Source: Penicillus capitatus
Lineage: Eukaryota > Plantae > Chlorophyta
Assembly: GCA_965649825.1 (NCBI GenBank)
Contig: OZ287695.1
Location: 2,221,288-2,285,287, forward strand
Direction of reading: 5' to 3'
Length of the DNA stretch: 64,000 nucleotides
Numbering within the stretch: the stretch's first letter is position 1; every line of letters starts with the position of its first letter. Shown in pieces: positions 1 through 12,843 of the stretch. The position numbers and the translations under genes were made by a program. A model generated the notes under the pieces. The model was given only the letters and a program-made list of their open reading frames with translations. It was not told where the DNA came from and did no database searches.

Positions 1-2
1 CT

Positions 3-359
3 CCGAGCTTCAAGGTGGTTCATTCTCCTCATCCTTCGCCTGCAAAGAAGGAAATCACGATGCCGGCGAGTTTATCCCCGGAACTGGATGAGAACTCCGT
101 GCCAGCTCCCGATGAAAAGCATGTCAACATGTCAGATGCGCCAACGGAAGACACTGGGGAGCGAAAAGGCGGCATTCAACAGTTCACCTCCGATTCATCG
201 GCAGAGCTGATCATAATTTGTACCGTCGTTGTTGTTGCGATCTTAGCGATTGGTATTGTCGTGCTTTGTCGTTCCAAAGGAAAGGAAGGATCCTTTTGCA
301 ATTTCCAAATCCAATGCTGCTGTCCAAGCACGACAGGAGTCAATCTGGGCAGAGATTGA
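3..359 (+). CDS. 3' end of a hypothetical single-pass membrane protein (5' part outside window)
   Basis: Frame is open from the window edge to TGA at 357-359. A disordered region is followed by a hydrophobic stretch (LIIICTVVVVAILAIGIVVLC) and a basic stop-transfer segment (RSKGK). Confidence 0.45.
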   Translation, partial: PSFKVVHSPHPSPAKKEITMPASLSPELDENSVPAPDEKHVNMSDAPTEDTGERKGGIQQFTSDSSAELIIICTVVVVAILAIGIVVLCRSKGKEGSFCNFQIQCCCPSTTGVNLGRD

Positions 360-777
360 TGGAATGTGTATTCTTAAGTGTTCTCAACTTCCGATGGATC
401 TGTTTGTGGTGACACGGAAGATAGAGTTAATTGGATCAAGAAGACGCCTGCAAAAATCCTCGTCCATATCCCTGTTATAGACGGCTCGATTTCATAGCTG
501 CTTGTGCAATCCCTTATTCGGGTGGTTTGGTGATGGATGCCGGCACAATGATCAGACAAGAGTGAGAGGGGCAGTTGCTGGCACCAGATCTGCTTTACAT
601 TCATACCGCCGTAGATACCCAGCACGGCCGCCGTACTCGCTGTGACATCTCAGTTCCCTGTCTTAGGAGATCGAATGACGTATGAGGAGAATGTAATTAC
701 ACATAAATAGAGAATTCACTCGCAAACGAGTGTTCAATCTCTTGCCGTCTTCATGACAATCAGACACATACATCTTC

Positions 778-1383
778 TCATTTCTTCTTTCTTGAAGAGG
801 CAAGAATCTTTGTGACAGCTGAGACGCCTTCTTTGAGCGCCCACGTTCCAACAGGCACTGCCATTTTGGCTGCCTCTTGACCTGGAGATCAAAACACAAC
901 TGACTCTGCTATGTTTGATCGATGCTGATCTTTGACCGGCTTTGAGAGTGACTTTTGCAGCTGTGCGTACACTGGCAGCTGTGCCTTTTCCGATGGGACT
1001 GTTCGAGATTCTCCATAGTGTTTCGGTCGCTGCATTTGGGTTCTTTTCCATATCATTTAACATCTGATCCGTCGTAGTTAACATCCAATCCACAGGATTC
1101 TCTTCGAAGTTCTTGACGCCAATGTCCTCTTCCTCAGCTTCATTCTGCTCTGTCTCTTTCCTCTCGATCGAATCTGACAACTACAGGGCCACAGATGAAC
1201 TTCACGATTTACTGATGGAAATGAACGGGAGACCAGATTCTCTTCCTCGAGTTGCAGGAAGTAAGCAGGGGAGTGCACGACGGGAACGGCAGTTGGCTCG
1301 ACGGCAGACTTGCGCGTCGGCGGGATATCCACGATAACAAAAGGACCCGATGCTTCAGGCGCTGCACGGCGACATCTTTTCAT
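778..1383 (-). CDS. Hypothetical protein, 3 exons, about 170 aa
   Basis: ATG at 1383 (MKRCRRAAPE). GT-AG joins give ...SFPS|LSDSIERKE...VTLKAG|QEAAKMAVPVGTWALKEGVSAVTKILASSRKKK* with stop at 778-780. No family recognised. Confidence 0.5.
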
Positions 1384-1550
1384 CGATTCGGGCAATAGAT
1401 TAACGTCGGAACGCACTTGCCTGAGAACGGACGATCATGCGACGCCGAAAGGGAGCGGATAGCCGCACCGCTGTTCTCCCCGAAGCAAGCAGCATGGCGA
1501 ATGGCACCTCACAAGTCCGTCAATCCATCTTCGCCATCAAATGGCATCCA

Positions 1551-2552
1551 TTAATTCGATGGTTGTTTTTCAAGCAACTGATTCAGCAGTCCATCGCAAG
1601 CATCGGTCAAGAGGTCGAGCACGATATCAAAGCCTTTCTCGCCTCCATAATATGGATCTGGCACTTCGCCGCGCGACCGAGACTTGGGATCTGAGCAGTA
1701 GTCACTCATCAGGACGATCTTGTCCATGGCTTCCATCAGAGAAGCATCCTTCTCTGACCAGTGGCGAATGGCTGTTCGCATTTCACCGACATTATTGGAA
1801 TCCATCGCCACAAAGAGATCAAAGGTTTTCAGATCAGAAGGGTTCAGTGGACGTGAGCGTGATGTCAGATGAATCCCTCTTTGACTTGCTAAGCAGCAGA
1901 GAATGCGATAGAGATGATCATTGAGTTCTTATCGGTAACCTGCTCGTTGCATACGCCCGTCTGCTGGATCGCCTTCGTGATAGGACCAACCGTCTGCAGT
2001 ACGTAAGCGCACGCACTGTTCAGTAACGAACTCTTGAGGTAGGATGGTTGGTGGTTACCACTCATATACCAGTTGGGATTTCCCCCTCCTGTCCCGCACG
2101 AATCGATCACAAAACGATTCCCCATGTTGCGTTTTTTGACGACGGTTTTGAAAACAGCCTCCGCTGTTGGACTTCGACATATATTCCCTGGCAAAACAGA
2201 GTCGTTCATGGAAAACACTGCTAAATGTTTAACAGTATACAGTCTACCCAGGCACACGAACAGCACACCGATTGTCGACTCAGCCACTGGATCCTGGAAA
2301 ACCACTCTCTCTAAGATGCCTATGTTATCTGGCATAGTTAACAGCAACCTGGTTCGTTTCCTTCTTCACGGACGATGGATCTGACGCCTGACAAGAGGAA
2401 GACATGACAAAGCGACGTCTCTTGCTCACAAGAGCCGGAAGTGCTCGTTTGGTGGCAGAGTTCGACCATACGCGACGCCTTTCGAAAGTCGCCCGTGGAC
2501 AGAGCTGTCGTGAGAAGAAGGATAGCCTCGTGGCGTGTAATCTGATGCTCAT
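1551..2552 (-). CDS. Low-molecular-weight protein tyrosine phosphatase, probably organelle-targeted, multi-exon
   Basis: Spliced P-loop VLFVCLG|NICRSPTAEAVF (CX5R) and general-acid DPYYGG motif; Ser/Arg-rich transit-peptide-like N-terminus from ATG 2552. Confidence 0.9.
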
Positions 2553-2621
2553 TTTTTGCGCAAAATGCTTAATTCAGGTCGTTTCTCCGCCTGTTCTCGA
2601 GAGATCGTACACAGACCTGTG

Positions 2622-3784
2622 ATGGAAGCGCCTCAGTGTATCTGTCGATCAACAGTCGTGGCAGGACCGCGCTTTGCTCTACCCAAGCGTGGCTCAATGG
2701 GATGCGAGTTTCAAACGGGGAAACTACTTTTCACGTCTCGACCGTCGGCATCACGCTCGATTCCACGTTTTTCACGAAGTTCTGTCCTCGTCGAGGCGAA
2801 TCTCTTTTCTCGTGTCGTTCGCATCTTTCGGTAGCTTTCCATCAACATCTTTTCTTACCTTAAAGCCGACGATACTGTGACAGGTCCTATGCGGACTCCA
2901 TTGTCTCATCAGCCGAGGATCCTGAGAAGCTTCTAGATCAGACAGTGCGCGAAATGCAGGAGGATTTGATCAAAATGAAGCAGACTTCAGCCACCGTGAT
3001 TGCTTCACAAAAAAGCATGGAGGCAAAATACACGCAGGCCAGCAAGACAGCCAACGAATGGTACTCTCGTGCCCAATTGGCACTTGAAAAAGGTTGGCTC
3101 TGCTTGCTTACATGACATGACGCGTGACAGACATGTTCTGCTAAACCGATAGGAGATGAAGAATTGGCAAGAGAGGCCCTCAAAAGACGTCGGGCCTATC
3201 AAGACAATGCGGATTCTCTAAAAAAGCAACTGGATTATCAGGTGGACGCTGTACAGCAGATGATTCAAAACACGAGGGAATTGGAATCCAAAATACAAGA
3301 GGCGCGTTCCAAGAAAGACACACTCAAAGCGAGAGCACAATCGGCCAAAGCCTCCAAACAGGCAACGCTCACCCAGGTTGCACAACAAGCCATCCTAATG
3401 AGGGAGATCTGCATGCAGGTTTCTGATATGGTGGGCAGTCTGAGTACCAGTACCTCCATGGCCGCATTCGAACGAATGGAAGAAAAGGTTCTCAAGATGG
3501 AAGCAGAGGCCGAAGCAGTTTCCGGTTCACTAAACATAGAATTACTGAGAGACACTCAATGAGATACCTATCCTGTGTCTGCAGGTTTGGTTGCATCCGA
3601 TGATTTGGAGAAGAAATTTGCCATGCTCGAGGGAGGATCGGTTGAAGACGATCTAGCTGCACTGAAGCAGGGTACGAGCAGCTTGGCGGGCAGCGATCCT
3701 CCGAGAGAGCTTCCTGAAGGTCGCCCCGTCAAAGATGCCATCGATTTGGAACTGGAAGAACTGCGGCAGAAAGCCAAAGAATGA
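2622..3784 (+). CDS. VIPP1: Vesicle-inducing protein in plastids 1 (PspA/IM30 family), 5 exons
   Basis: Transit peptide, then [12 protein letters not shown]|[36 protein letters not shown]|[41 protein letters not shown] and the C-terminal helix [16 protein letters not shown]. Confidence 0.95.
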
Positions 3785-4317
3785 ATCACGCCGAACAGTT
3801 TCTTTGTTTAAAAGAACAGAAAACGTCCTTTTGCCCATCGATCTCCTAACAGAGCGTATCCAGTCTGTCAATAGTGATGGGTGGATTCTGAATGTGTGTG
3901 TCACATCTGTCCATCCACTATCATCATCATCGTTCAAAACCAGGGTATCGCCGATCAAGGCCATCACTTATTGGAAAAGTCTGAAGAGCATTTTTAGCAG
4001 TTTTCTTGGAACATCGTCACCCCGCGTGAAACGTCAACTGTTCAGGTATTGTATTCCTTTCGCGCCGTCTATCGCGTTCGTTCGTTCGTTTGCTGTCCCG
4101 TCTGTCGACGTCGCTGACTTTCGTCGCTTCGATCTTCTATTGCAGGCGTCTCTTCGTGCACGACCTCATGGGTTGGAGACAAACAACGGAAACCATGTTA
4201 GCCTTCGAGAAACAGTTAGAGTCACTGATGCATCCTGCCAGTCCGACACAAACCGTCAATGCGTGATTTCAGCTGCATTTCTTATCCCTTTTTTCATCGC
4301 TGGTTTCTAGTGGGACG

Positions 4318-5043
4318 TTGTCGACGTTTCCTGACGCCTCTGTGTTTGGATGGGGGTCTATTCCATCCGCCTCGAGTGGAGGAATACACCCAACCTCCTA
4401 CGCCACTCAAAACGGTTGGTTCGAGAGCGAGGCAATCGAAACGAAGGCGGCTTCAGATTTAGAGATCGGTTCGAATCGCTTCAAGCGCGGTTCTCGTGCT
4501 TTGGTGTTCATCAGCCCCGAGACGAATGAACCGATTGATCATTACCGCTCGGATCTGAGCAGCAGCAGTTCTCGATCGACGACATCTTCTGAAGATGTCA
4601 TCCTTCCAAAACAAGCACCTTCGAACAAATCGTCGTCGTCAGATGTGTTGGGAACAACAACGGCATTGGATCCAGCAGGGAATCGTGTTTCTCGTCTGCC
4701 AGAGGGGTCAAAACTGCGACGTTGGATGAAAGCTCCAACGAAGCCAGCATCTGTGGGGGATGCATCGTCGACCAATAGTGTGTGCATGGATCCTCCTCCC
4801 ATTGGACTGTACTTTCATGGGCAATCCAGCATTTGGAATGTGGCTTCCCACGTGGAGCCGATGGCATCTGATGGTTTGCATGGTTGTTCTGAAATGCTTG
4901 CCTGCGACCCAAGTCCTCAAGTGCAACAAGGAAGAAGTGACCCAACAAAGCCTGAAGGGGAGAGTGTTCCTAAAAATAGCCGTTTGTGGATGTGGATTGG
5001 TGATCGTGAATCTGTTCAAGGGATGATAAATGATCATATTTAG
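4318..5043 (+). CDS. Possible Ser/Pro-rich disordered hypothetical protein (last exon; start not resolved)
   Basis: 241-codon open frame preceded by a pyrimidine tract and AG at about 4310. No in-frame ATG exon was found and no motif recognised. Confidence 0.3.
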   Translation: MSTFPDASVFGWGSIPSASSGGIHPTSYATQNGWFESEAIETKAASDLEIGSNRFKRGSRALVFISPETNEPIDHYRSDLSSSSSRSTTSSEDVILPKQAPSNKSSSSDVLGTTTALDPAGNRVSRLPEGSKLRRWMKAPTKPASVGDASSTNSVCMDPPPIGLYFHGQSSIWNVASHVEPMASDGLHGCSEMLACDPSPQVQQGRSDPTKPEGESVPKNSRLWMWIGDRESVQGMINDHI

Positions 5044-6045
5044 TGTGGCGGTGGAGAAAGCAGCAGCAGCAGCAAGCAGTTCATAGTACTGAGGAGGACA
5101 TTGGATATATGATCTGCATCTTATTCGTTCGTGGTTTGCATAATGACACACATCGCGCATATTGATTGGAATGTGGCACTCTCTGTTGCTTGTCGTTCCA
5201 TGTACGCCTACCGTGTAATTCCCATTTCATCAGCAGAACCGAAAAGAGCTTAATAAAATAGATCATGTGTTTACGATTGATTGGTTCTTCTGGAGAGACA
5301 CTCTCTTTGCAACGGATTGATGTGGACTGACCAGCTTCAGCAGCAAGCCATTTATAAGCTTATCGTCTCAAAACACATGTCATGGAGTAAAATCAAGTAG
5401 TAGAAACAAACACAAAGACAATGAGTGAACAATCAAGTCTGCACGATTATTTGTGAAAACTAAGGTCATGGTGAAGTCTACGCGAAACGACTCCATTCTG
5501 CATTCAAGAATTTGGGTCAGCAAGGAAAACTACAATGATAAGTGACAAGAGTGCAGACTCAAAAACGACCAAAACGAACAAAAACACTTGAGTTCAACAA
5601 ACCCGTCCCTTCACCGTGTACACAGATTCTCAGCCAAGAATCCCCCTTAAATGAAGTCATGGGTGGCAATAATGCTTGGATCAACAGACTCAACAGATTC
5701 ATCTTGATTTTCTGACGTATCTCCAAGACTCCATACATGATCATATTCATCCACTTTGCTCAGGGGAATAGGGCGGCCTCCAAAAATGAAAGGATCAAAA
5801 TCCTTGTCATAGCCACGTTCGGCGGAAAAAGGCTGCATGGAATACGTGCGGTATTTGGGTGATGCATTATTTTGTCTCAAAAAATCATCCATGGTCATAC
5901 CAGTCGGTCCCTCTGGGGCCGTTGCCAAGAGACCTTCGCAGGACTCAGAACGCACTGAAGAACTTAAAGAACTGATACTACGCGCGGGGATGGACCTGAA
6001 ACAGGAGACAATTGCATTCATTATCCATGACTGAACAGTCAGCTC

Positions 6046-8060
6046 TCATGCTGACCTTCTGTGATGTGTCTGTAGGGATTGCGAACCGGAACGGGTTGTG
6101 TGTGGTGTGGATGGGCCAGAGTGCGCCTCTTCTGTGTTCGTCATTTCGGGTCGGAACACTTTCTTGAGTTTATGTACGATTCTTGATCTAAAGCTCTTCC
6201 CTTTCTTATTCGAAGACTTCCAGACCAAGCCAAGCCGTTGGCCCCTTGTTGTCAGCAATCGTTGGAGCCGGCGACCCATCTCACTCATGGACCTTTCAGA
6301 CTCACCGAAGCATCTTTCCACGATTCGTAGTCCATCCAAATCGCAAATCTCAGAACGATAAGAGGAGTATTTCGCCATTTTCAGCAATATCCAGATGCCT
6401 TCAGTGAGAATGGCATACTTTCTTGGAACTTCATTTTGTTCTTGAAGGATGCTTAGAAGAGATGGTATGAAATCGTTTTCGCTTAGTCTCTTCATGACTG
6501 TCTTCTTTCGCTTGTCGCTGTTCTTCAACAGCATAACAATCGCATGAACCGCTGCTTCTCTAAAAAACAGCCACCCATCGACAACGTGTCTATCATCACG
6601 AGCAGAAGGGACAAGATGTCGAATCTGACTAATACCGTGAGCAAATGTCTGGGGAATGCGATAATTCAACAAGGGCTTCTGTTCCTCCAGCTTCAACAAA
6701 GCGTTGTACCGCTTCCTCCGAAGTCTTGAAGAAGTGGGCCGCCGCCCACGCAGAAATCTCACCGCAGACATCGCCTGTTCCGTAACAGAATGCTCTCATC
6801 AGCAACGAGGAGACGCGAGATGACACGACAGACCCATGTTGTCAGACTTCAATGAACTCACGAGTGCTTCAAGACCACCCTCTTGGATGAAAGCCATGCC
6901 ATTAGATGAATGCATGATCGAAGCGAAGGTGACAGCCTTGACAGCAAAGATGGAGGTGGAATGCATCGACCGAATGATGTGAATCAAGTCAGCTATGTCT
7001 GCTGGATCTATCACAATATGACGAGTGAGCTGGCCAACGTAAAGAATCTTCCTAACAATACGATGTGCACAATCTTGATGGCGCTCCTCCACACCATCTG
7101 TCACATCTCTTTCTTAGAACACACTTGTCTGTTTGTTTGATAAGGGAATTACTTGCGAGTAAGATATCAACAAGGGACGAGGCTGTTTCTGTTTCCCATG
7201 GCAGGACAGGATTGGCCGAATAGTACCTGGGCAGAGTTCTGTTGTAAGAGGAGGTGCTGGGATGGGGGACATATTGCTTACCAGAATGGAACTGGCCGTT
7301 CACGTTCAGCATCTATCCCGTACGTACAACTTGATAGCGACGGATACTTTTTCTTGTTGGAAAAACGCATCGATGGGTTCCCTGTTCTCAACAGACAGAG
7401 TAAAGAGTGAGAAAACAAAGACAGACATGGGTCACACTTTTCTTTGGAGTGTTTGTGTTTGAAAGACAAAACAAAACGGCTGAATTTGAACATCCGGCAA
7501 GCAATTTGAGAATGTCCCCAGCTTGTGCTCGACGTGTTGACTGTGGTCTACGCGCTGATGCTCTTATCTGAAGACGTCACACCGTCGATCGTCACTGCAG
7601 CTTTTTTGCGAGAGGCCTACGATTTCGAGAAGGGTATCCCCAATTCCCATTTCTCTAATTCTCTTTCTGGGGGCATCATTTTTCGCAAGCACTTCCAGGG
7701 CTCTCATACATTTGCGTTGCATCACACTGTTTCCGTTCTTTAAGAGGTCCCACAGAGACTACACGTCACACATCTCACTCAGCATCCTGTCTCTATCCCC
7801 ACTCGGCAACAGACGTCGCCGCCCCCGAACTCGAGGAACTCCATGTGACGACTTGGATTGACATTAAGTTGTTCTTTGACTTCGTCCAGCGGACGAAAGT
7901 AATCAAGATGGACATCCTCCAAACGCTCCACGGCTTCTTTCACAGCAGTAGCATCCGTCCACAATGCAGGATTCTCTTCCAACTGCAAGGACGTGTAAAG
8001 GATGGTTGTCAACATATGTTGTGAGTAATTTGATGAGCCAATGGCATCCGTTTTAGACAT
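6046..8060 (-). CDS. Armadillo/ARM-repeat protein, multi-exon
   Basis: ARM-like helical repeats (FIQEGGLEALVSSLKS; REAAVHAIVMLLKNS; ENDFIPSLLSILQE; EICDLDGLRIVERCF). ATG at 8060 (MSKTDA), stop at 6046. Confidence 0.6.
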
Positions 8061-8425
8061 TTCTGAACACGAAAAGTGTAAAACAAGAGTAAATCTGTCA
8101 CGTGGGGACTTTTTTCTTGAAGAGAGAGTCACACACCGTTGAGTCAGACGGTAACAAGACAAGGGTCAACGAGCACGACAGCACCGAGTCCGTTTTGGAG
8201 GCTGTGTCGGTATTCTACACAATCGGATAGCTACGGCGAAATGCTTCAAAGAATTTGGGGTAGAGTCGTTGCCACTTTGAATCGCGCGATGCCCAACAAA
8301 TTTTCTCAACCGACACGGATTCTAGGTCTCGCTGTCGTGTACGACATCGACGGAACAAGACAAGGCCGCGTCTGGGCGCATCTGATGATGATGCTCACAT
8401 GTGTCGAGAATTGTAACACGTCCTT

Positions 8426-11400
8426 TTAAATCTTTTGGCGTTTCTTTCCTTTCTTTCGTTTGAGCACAGTTTCTTCTCTGTAGCGCTTCTTCCTTTCTTC
8501 CTGGTCGGAAGAGAAGGTGAAATGTCACATCAATGACACGTGCTTACTTTGTTGAACGCTTCTCGTCGCTTCAGCTCCGCTCTCTGCTTTATTTTGAGTT
8601 GGAGAATCTGTCTGGCCCTTTGGATCTTCCTCTTTGCGTCTTTCTTTTTGTTCATTGTCTGCAGCTGCGCCACCATGTTGGTCGTTTGTGCTTCGTGTGC
8701 TTCGGGCAAGGCCTTCAGTAATGGCTCTTGATCCTCTTCTCTCGTCCGTGCTGCTCTGGCTTTAGGTTTCAGTTCGTATGGCAGGGCTGCAATTAACCTT
8801 TGAGGAATCTAGATGGAAAAACAGATGCATATTCGGCAGAAAGGGAGTGGGTTATGTTCGACTTTGAGGGAGGAGAACTGGCGCGGGGCACGTTCAATGG
8901 TTTTATAGTGAGAATCTGGCTGCTGCGGCGCTCCGACATTTTGGGAATGGCGAATCTCTGCCACTGTCCGCATAGCTGGCCAATCGATTCCTGATGGCAA
9001 TCTCTCCTTCTGACCAATCGTTCCTGCTTCCGATCCCATCGTGTCCCTGACAAACAGTCAGACATACTCAAATGGCTCATTGAGGGAGAACGGCGTCAAA
9101 ACTTGTAATATCCTAATCCACGGAAACCTGTCTTGAAAACAAAACCGACGCGTTCCCCTTGAAATGATGATGCTGCAACAAATATTGGTCCGTTCCCTTG
9201 TTCTGTCGCCTTTTTCATGAAATCGTCTGCAGAGGAACGATACCCTTATGCAGATCTTGTTAAGAAAGCAGCACCTGCTTCTGAAGTTTCTGTTGACTGT
9301 CTGACAATGTGCCTGTTGTCATGAGTCGGTTTCGAGAGAAGATCAGTGACTGGATTGCTGAATCGAGGAATCTCAACGGCGACCCACGATCGCAGAAAGA
9401 CGATGTCGCTCATGACCAATCGATCCTCAAACGTGGCTCGAAATGTTCCAGGGCCTCCGCCATCAAATTCTTTGACAGCCTTCTTGATGGTGCCACGAAT
9501 GCCGCTTACAGTACGGATGCTAGCCCCCTCGAATCTCGCCACTTCCAAAGAACTATTGAACATCCCTTGGCAACAGATCTCGCGTTTCAAGGGGCACAAT
9601 CACCAACATCTCACCTGTGATGAAACTGGTGGTCTTTTCGATTCGAGCGGGTGTTCCAATGAGCTTCAGTTTCTTGACCACTCGGATGTTTGCATCGATT
9701 TCTGTAACCGTTCCTGTGGCGCTGATCCTCCAACTGTCAAGATCGGTGGCAAGGTTCTGGAACGCAGCAAATGTGGTGTTGGCTGGACATAGTGGACCCC
9801 AAATGACACCCAGACAATGTGCATGCTCCGGTGTGTATTTCAGGTAGCGGATGCGTCGATTGTGATCTTCAGTGCAGTAGATGGGTAGACTCTGGAAACG
9901 ACGCCAGCCGATGGAAAAGACCAAAGGATCTTTGGCTTTGAGAATCTTTGGAAACCAACTGTCAAACACATCTCGTGGCAAAATAGATTCGGGAGAGTAC
10001 ATACCGATGTCGCTTGATTCTTAATCGCATACAACCTTGCTTGGCATCTATTGCATCCAATCCGCCAACAAGGATAGGCCGTTCTGTGGAAAAGTGATTC
10101 ACGAATTCGCACGGCATTCCTTTTCAATATCGTTCTCAACTGGAGAACCGAGCAAAAAAGAAGCGGACCTTTGAACTTCATGCGGATGTATGTTCCTGGC
10201 CGGAATCCCTCGAGTAGAACACGTTTTTGTGGGTCCAGAGCATCCATAGCTTGACGCGTTCGCATGAGTTTTTGTTCCATGTCTTCTTTCACTGCGGAAT
10301 AGAAACTGGGCAGTGTTTGATCTTTCTTGAACTCATTGACGTGTTCTCCGCCGCCGCCGCCGCCGCCGCCAATACCATCAGAGATCCCTCTGGCTCCACC
10401 TTGGGCGTCGTACTAAAGATCACATTGAAACAAGTATGCAGAGAATCGGGAACCCTTCAGACTTCTGCATCAAACAATGCCTTCTTCTGTCGCTTCTCCT
10501 CTGCGAGTATCGACTTTTCTTGTACGATAGCCTTCGTAATGGCAGATTGTGCATATTGAGTGACAGGATCAAGACTGTGTCCAGTAAAGTGCTCTCCCAG
10601 TTCCAGATCTTCAATACTATCACCACCATCTGCGTCGTCGTCGTCATCTAATAGCAATTGTGTTGACTTTGGAATGTGACGACAGATTGTTTACTGACCT
10701 TCTTGTTCCGGCTGTGCACCAGATCTCTTCTTTCCTTCCTCCCAATCCCCTGTTGTGAAGCGGTTGCGAAACGCGGTATCTTGTAAAGGACTCTGCCACT
10801 TCTCAATCAACAGAGCAGCATCGTCTGTCGGCATCACACCAGCAAACGAATCCTCTGCAAACATACGTACATTCACACAAGAGTTCCTTGTCTATGAACA
10901 CGTATGCAAACGATTACCTGCTGACAGGAGATAAGTGGAAGACATTGATGAAATATCTTCGGAGTTGTCGTAAACGAAGGACTGAAGATGTCCAGAGTTG
11001 TCTTGGAACCTCTCCATCGTTCTTTGCTGTATTGTTTTCTTCCATTCTCCTTCTACAGTACCCACTGAGTATTCGCATGCTCATGTTGTCCTTACCCTTT
11101 CCACCTCTATCTTCTGCATTCCAATCGTTTTCAGAGTCATCTTCACTGGTCACTTTGTTCGACGGAGGCTCATTGTCTCTAACAGTGTCATCGGTTTTGT
11201 CAATCACAGAATCGAACAAAACGCGTTTCCTTTCTCGACCATCGTGTTCTATCGTTTCATAACGAGGAACTCCAGGTGCGAGACTTGGAATGGCACTCTC
11301 TTCATCATCTTCGCTCGAAGCAGTTTCCAGAACCTCTTGATGCTGTACGAGAGATGTTGCTCCTGTATTGTGGCCAGATTCAAACAGGCGTTCTCTGGTT

Positions 11401-12717
11401 TTATTTAGTCTTTCATCGAACCCAACGGTCAATGACTGCAGACTTCGTATCATACGATCTCCCTCGGTTTCAGATTGCTTCACTTGTCCAGAGTGATGCA
11501 CTTTCCAGTCTGGAATCTCGACATAGACAGCATCTCTGTCAACAACGAATCCATCCAAATCACTCATCGGGGCGTAGATGCGCCTTTCCTGTTCATTGAG
11601 ACTTCGACGAAGGAGTGCCGCAGGCAGTGGACACGGATCACTCAATCCTTCCACTTCATCAATCTCATAATCGCCGACGCCTGCACTGCATCTTTTTGGC
11701 AGGCGATTCTCTGATCACGCACAGGTGGCACCTGAAATATGGACATGTGTTCCGGGTCGAAAATTTGTGCCCCTCAGATATCCATAGAGCAAGACGTCCC
11801 GGTCGCACGTTGGATCTTCCTTGACGCGACCTTCGTGTGTGGCGTCTTCGAAGCGATCCGCTAAGATGTAGGAGTGTTCAGTTCTCCACGAAAGAGGACG
11901 AATCTTCATCACAGATAGAAATCTGCCCAGATTTTTCACTTCGTGATGCAGGTATTTCCGATTGCGAAATCCAGAAAAGCAAAAAAGACGTGCGCCTTTG
12001 TGGACTTCACTTTCAAATCTCGTTCTTAGTTTTCTCTTTGCCTTCTGCATAAGCGTCAAGGAAGGGAATGCATCCGCATGTGTCAACACACCCATGATCT
12101 TTGGAAACCCATGAACCTGGAAGCGGAGCTCTTACTGAACGGTGCGTTCTCCTTGTTTGCTGTGTACCTGGAGCAGGTTGAGGAACTCAAATGTCTCCAG
12201 TTCAAAACCAAATGAGGCATCGATGAGCAATAGAACCACGTCGGCAAATTTCGAACAGTCGATCATACCATTCAAGTCGTGGGGACATTCGACGAATGTC
12301 AATCGCCGAACCTTCCCTGCGACGACAGTGACTGGACCTTCTACATTGTTCAAAGAATGGCGGGTGAAATGTCGAATCAGACATTTGATCAGTGTCGATT
12401 TGCCGACTTTGCGTGGGCCCTGAACCAAAACCACATAGGGAGCCGGATCATGAACAGATTTATCCAACAAAGGTGCTGAGAAACAAATTTAGAGAGACAT
12501 AAAAGCTGCACGGTGTTGCACTGTGATATTTATTCTGATCGAGGTCGGCTGCTCTGGCAAGCTGTCGTTTGGCACTGATGGCGGAGTTGACAGCGAAGGC
12601 TTTGGGATTCCTCTCTTGTCGATCATTTTCCCTATCCGCCCCGTTCTTTGCCGCTCTTTTGCGTTTTCCTGCTTTACGACCACTCTTGGATTTTTTATGC
12701 GGCTTGTTTGTTCCCAT
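8426..12717 (-). CDS. BMS1: Ribosome biogenesis GTPase BMS1, multi-exon
   Basis: N-terminal [12 protein letters not shown]-loop [44 protein letters not shown]|VHGFPK, AARP2CN region, acidic middle, C-terminal domain ([35 protein letters not shown]). Ends [24 protein letters not shown] (TAA 8426-8428). Confidence 0.95.
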
Positions 12718-12843
12718 TTTCGTAGATGCAGCACATTAACATCAAACGCAGCAGAAAAGAGTCTTTGGCGTTCCATCGGCTTCCGACTGTTGAGTACAGT
12801 TGGCCTTTCGAGAACTGGACTAGATTTCTGTACACGTTGAGAT

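Noticed and set aside
5559-6034. Separate gene or extra exons downstream of the ARM protein
   Set aside because: ORFs exist on both strands with no recognisable family and no convincing splice chain; left unassigned.
10349-10370. (GCC)7 and (GACGCC)4 (44299-44322) repeats as regulatory elements
   Set aside because: Both are coding low-complexity tracts, in BMS1 and in RecQ (DADADADA).
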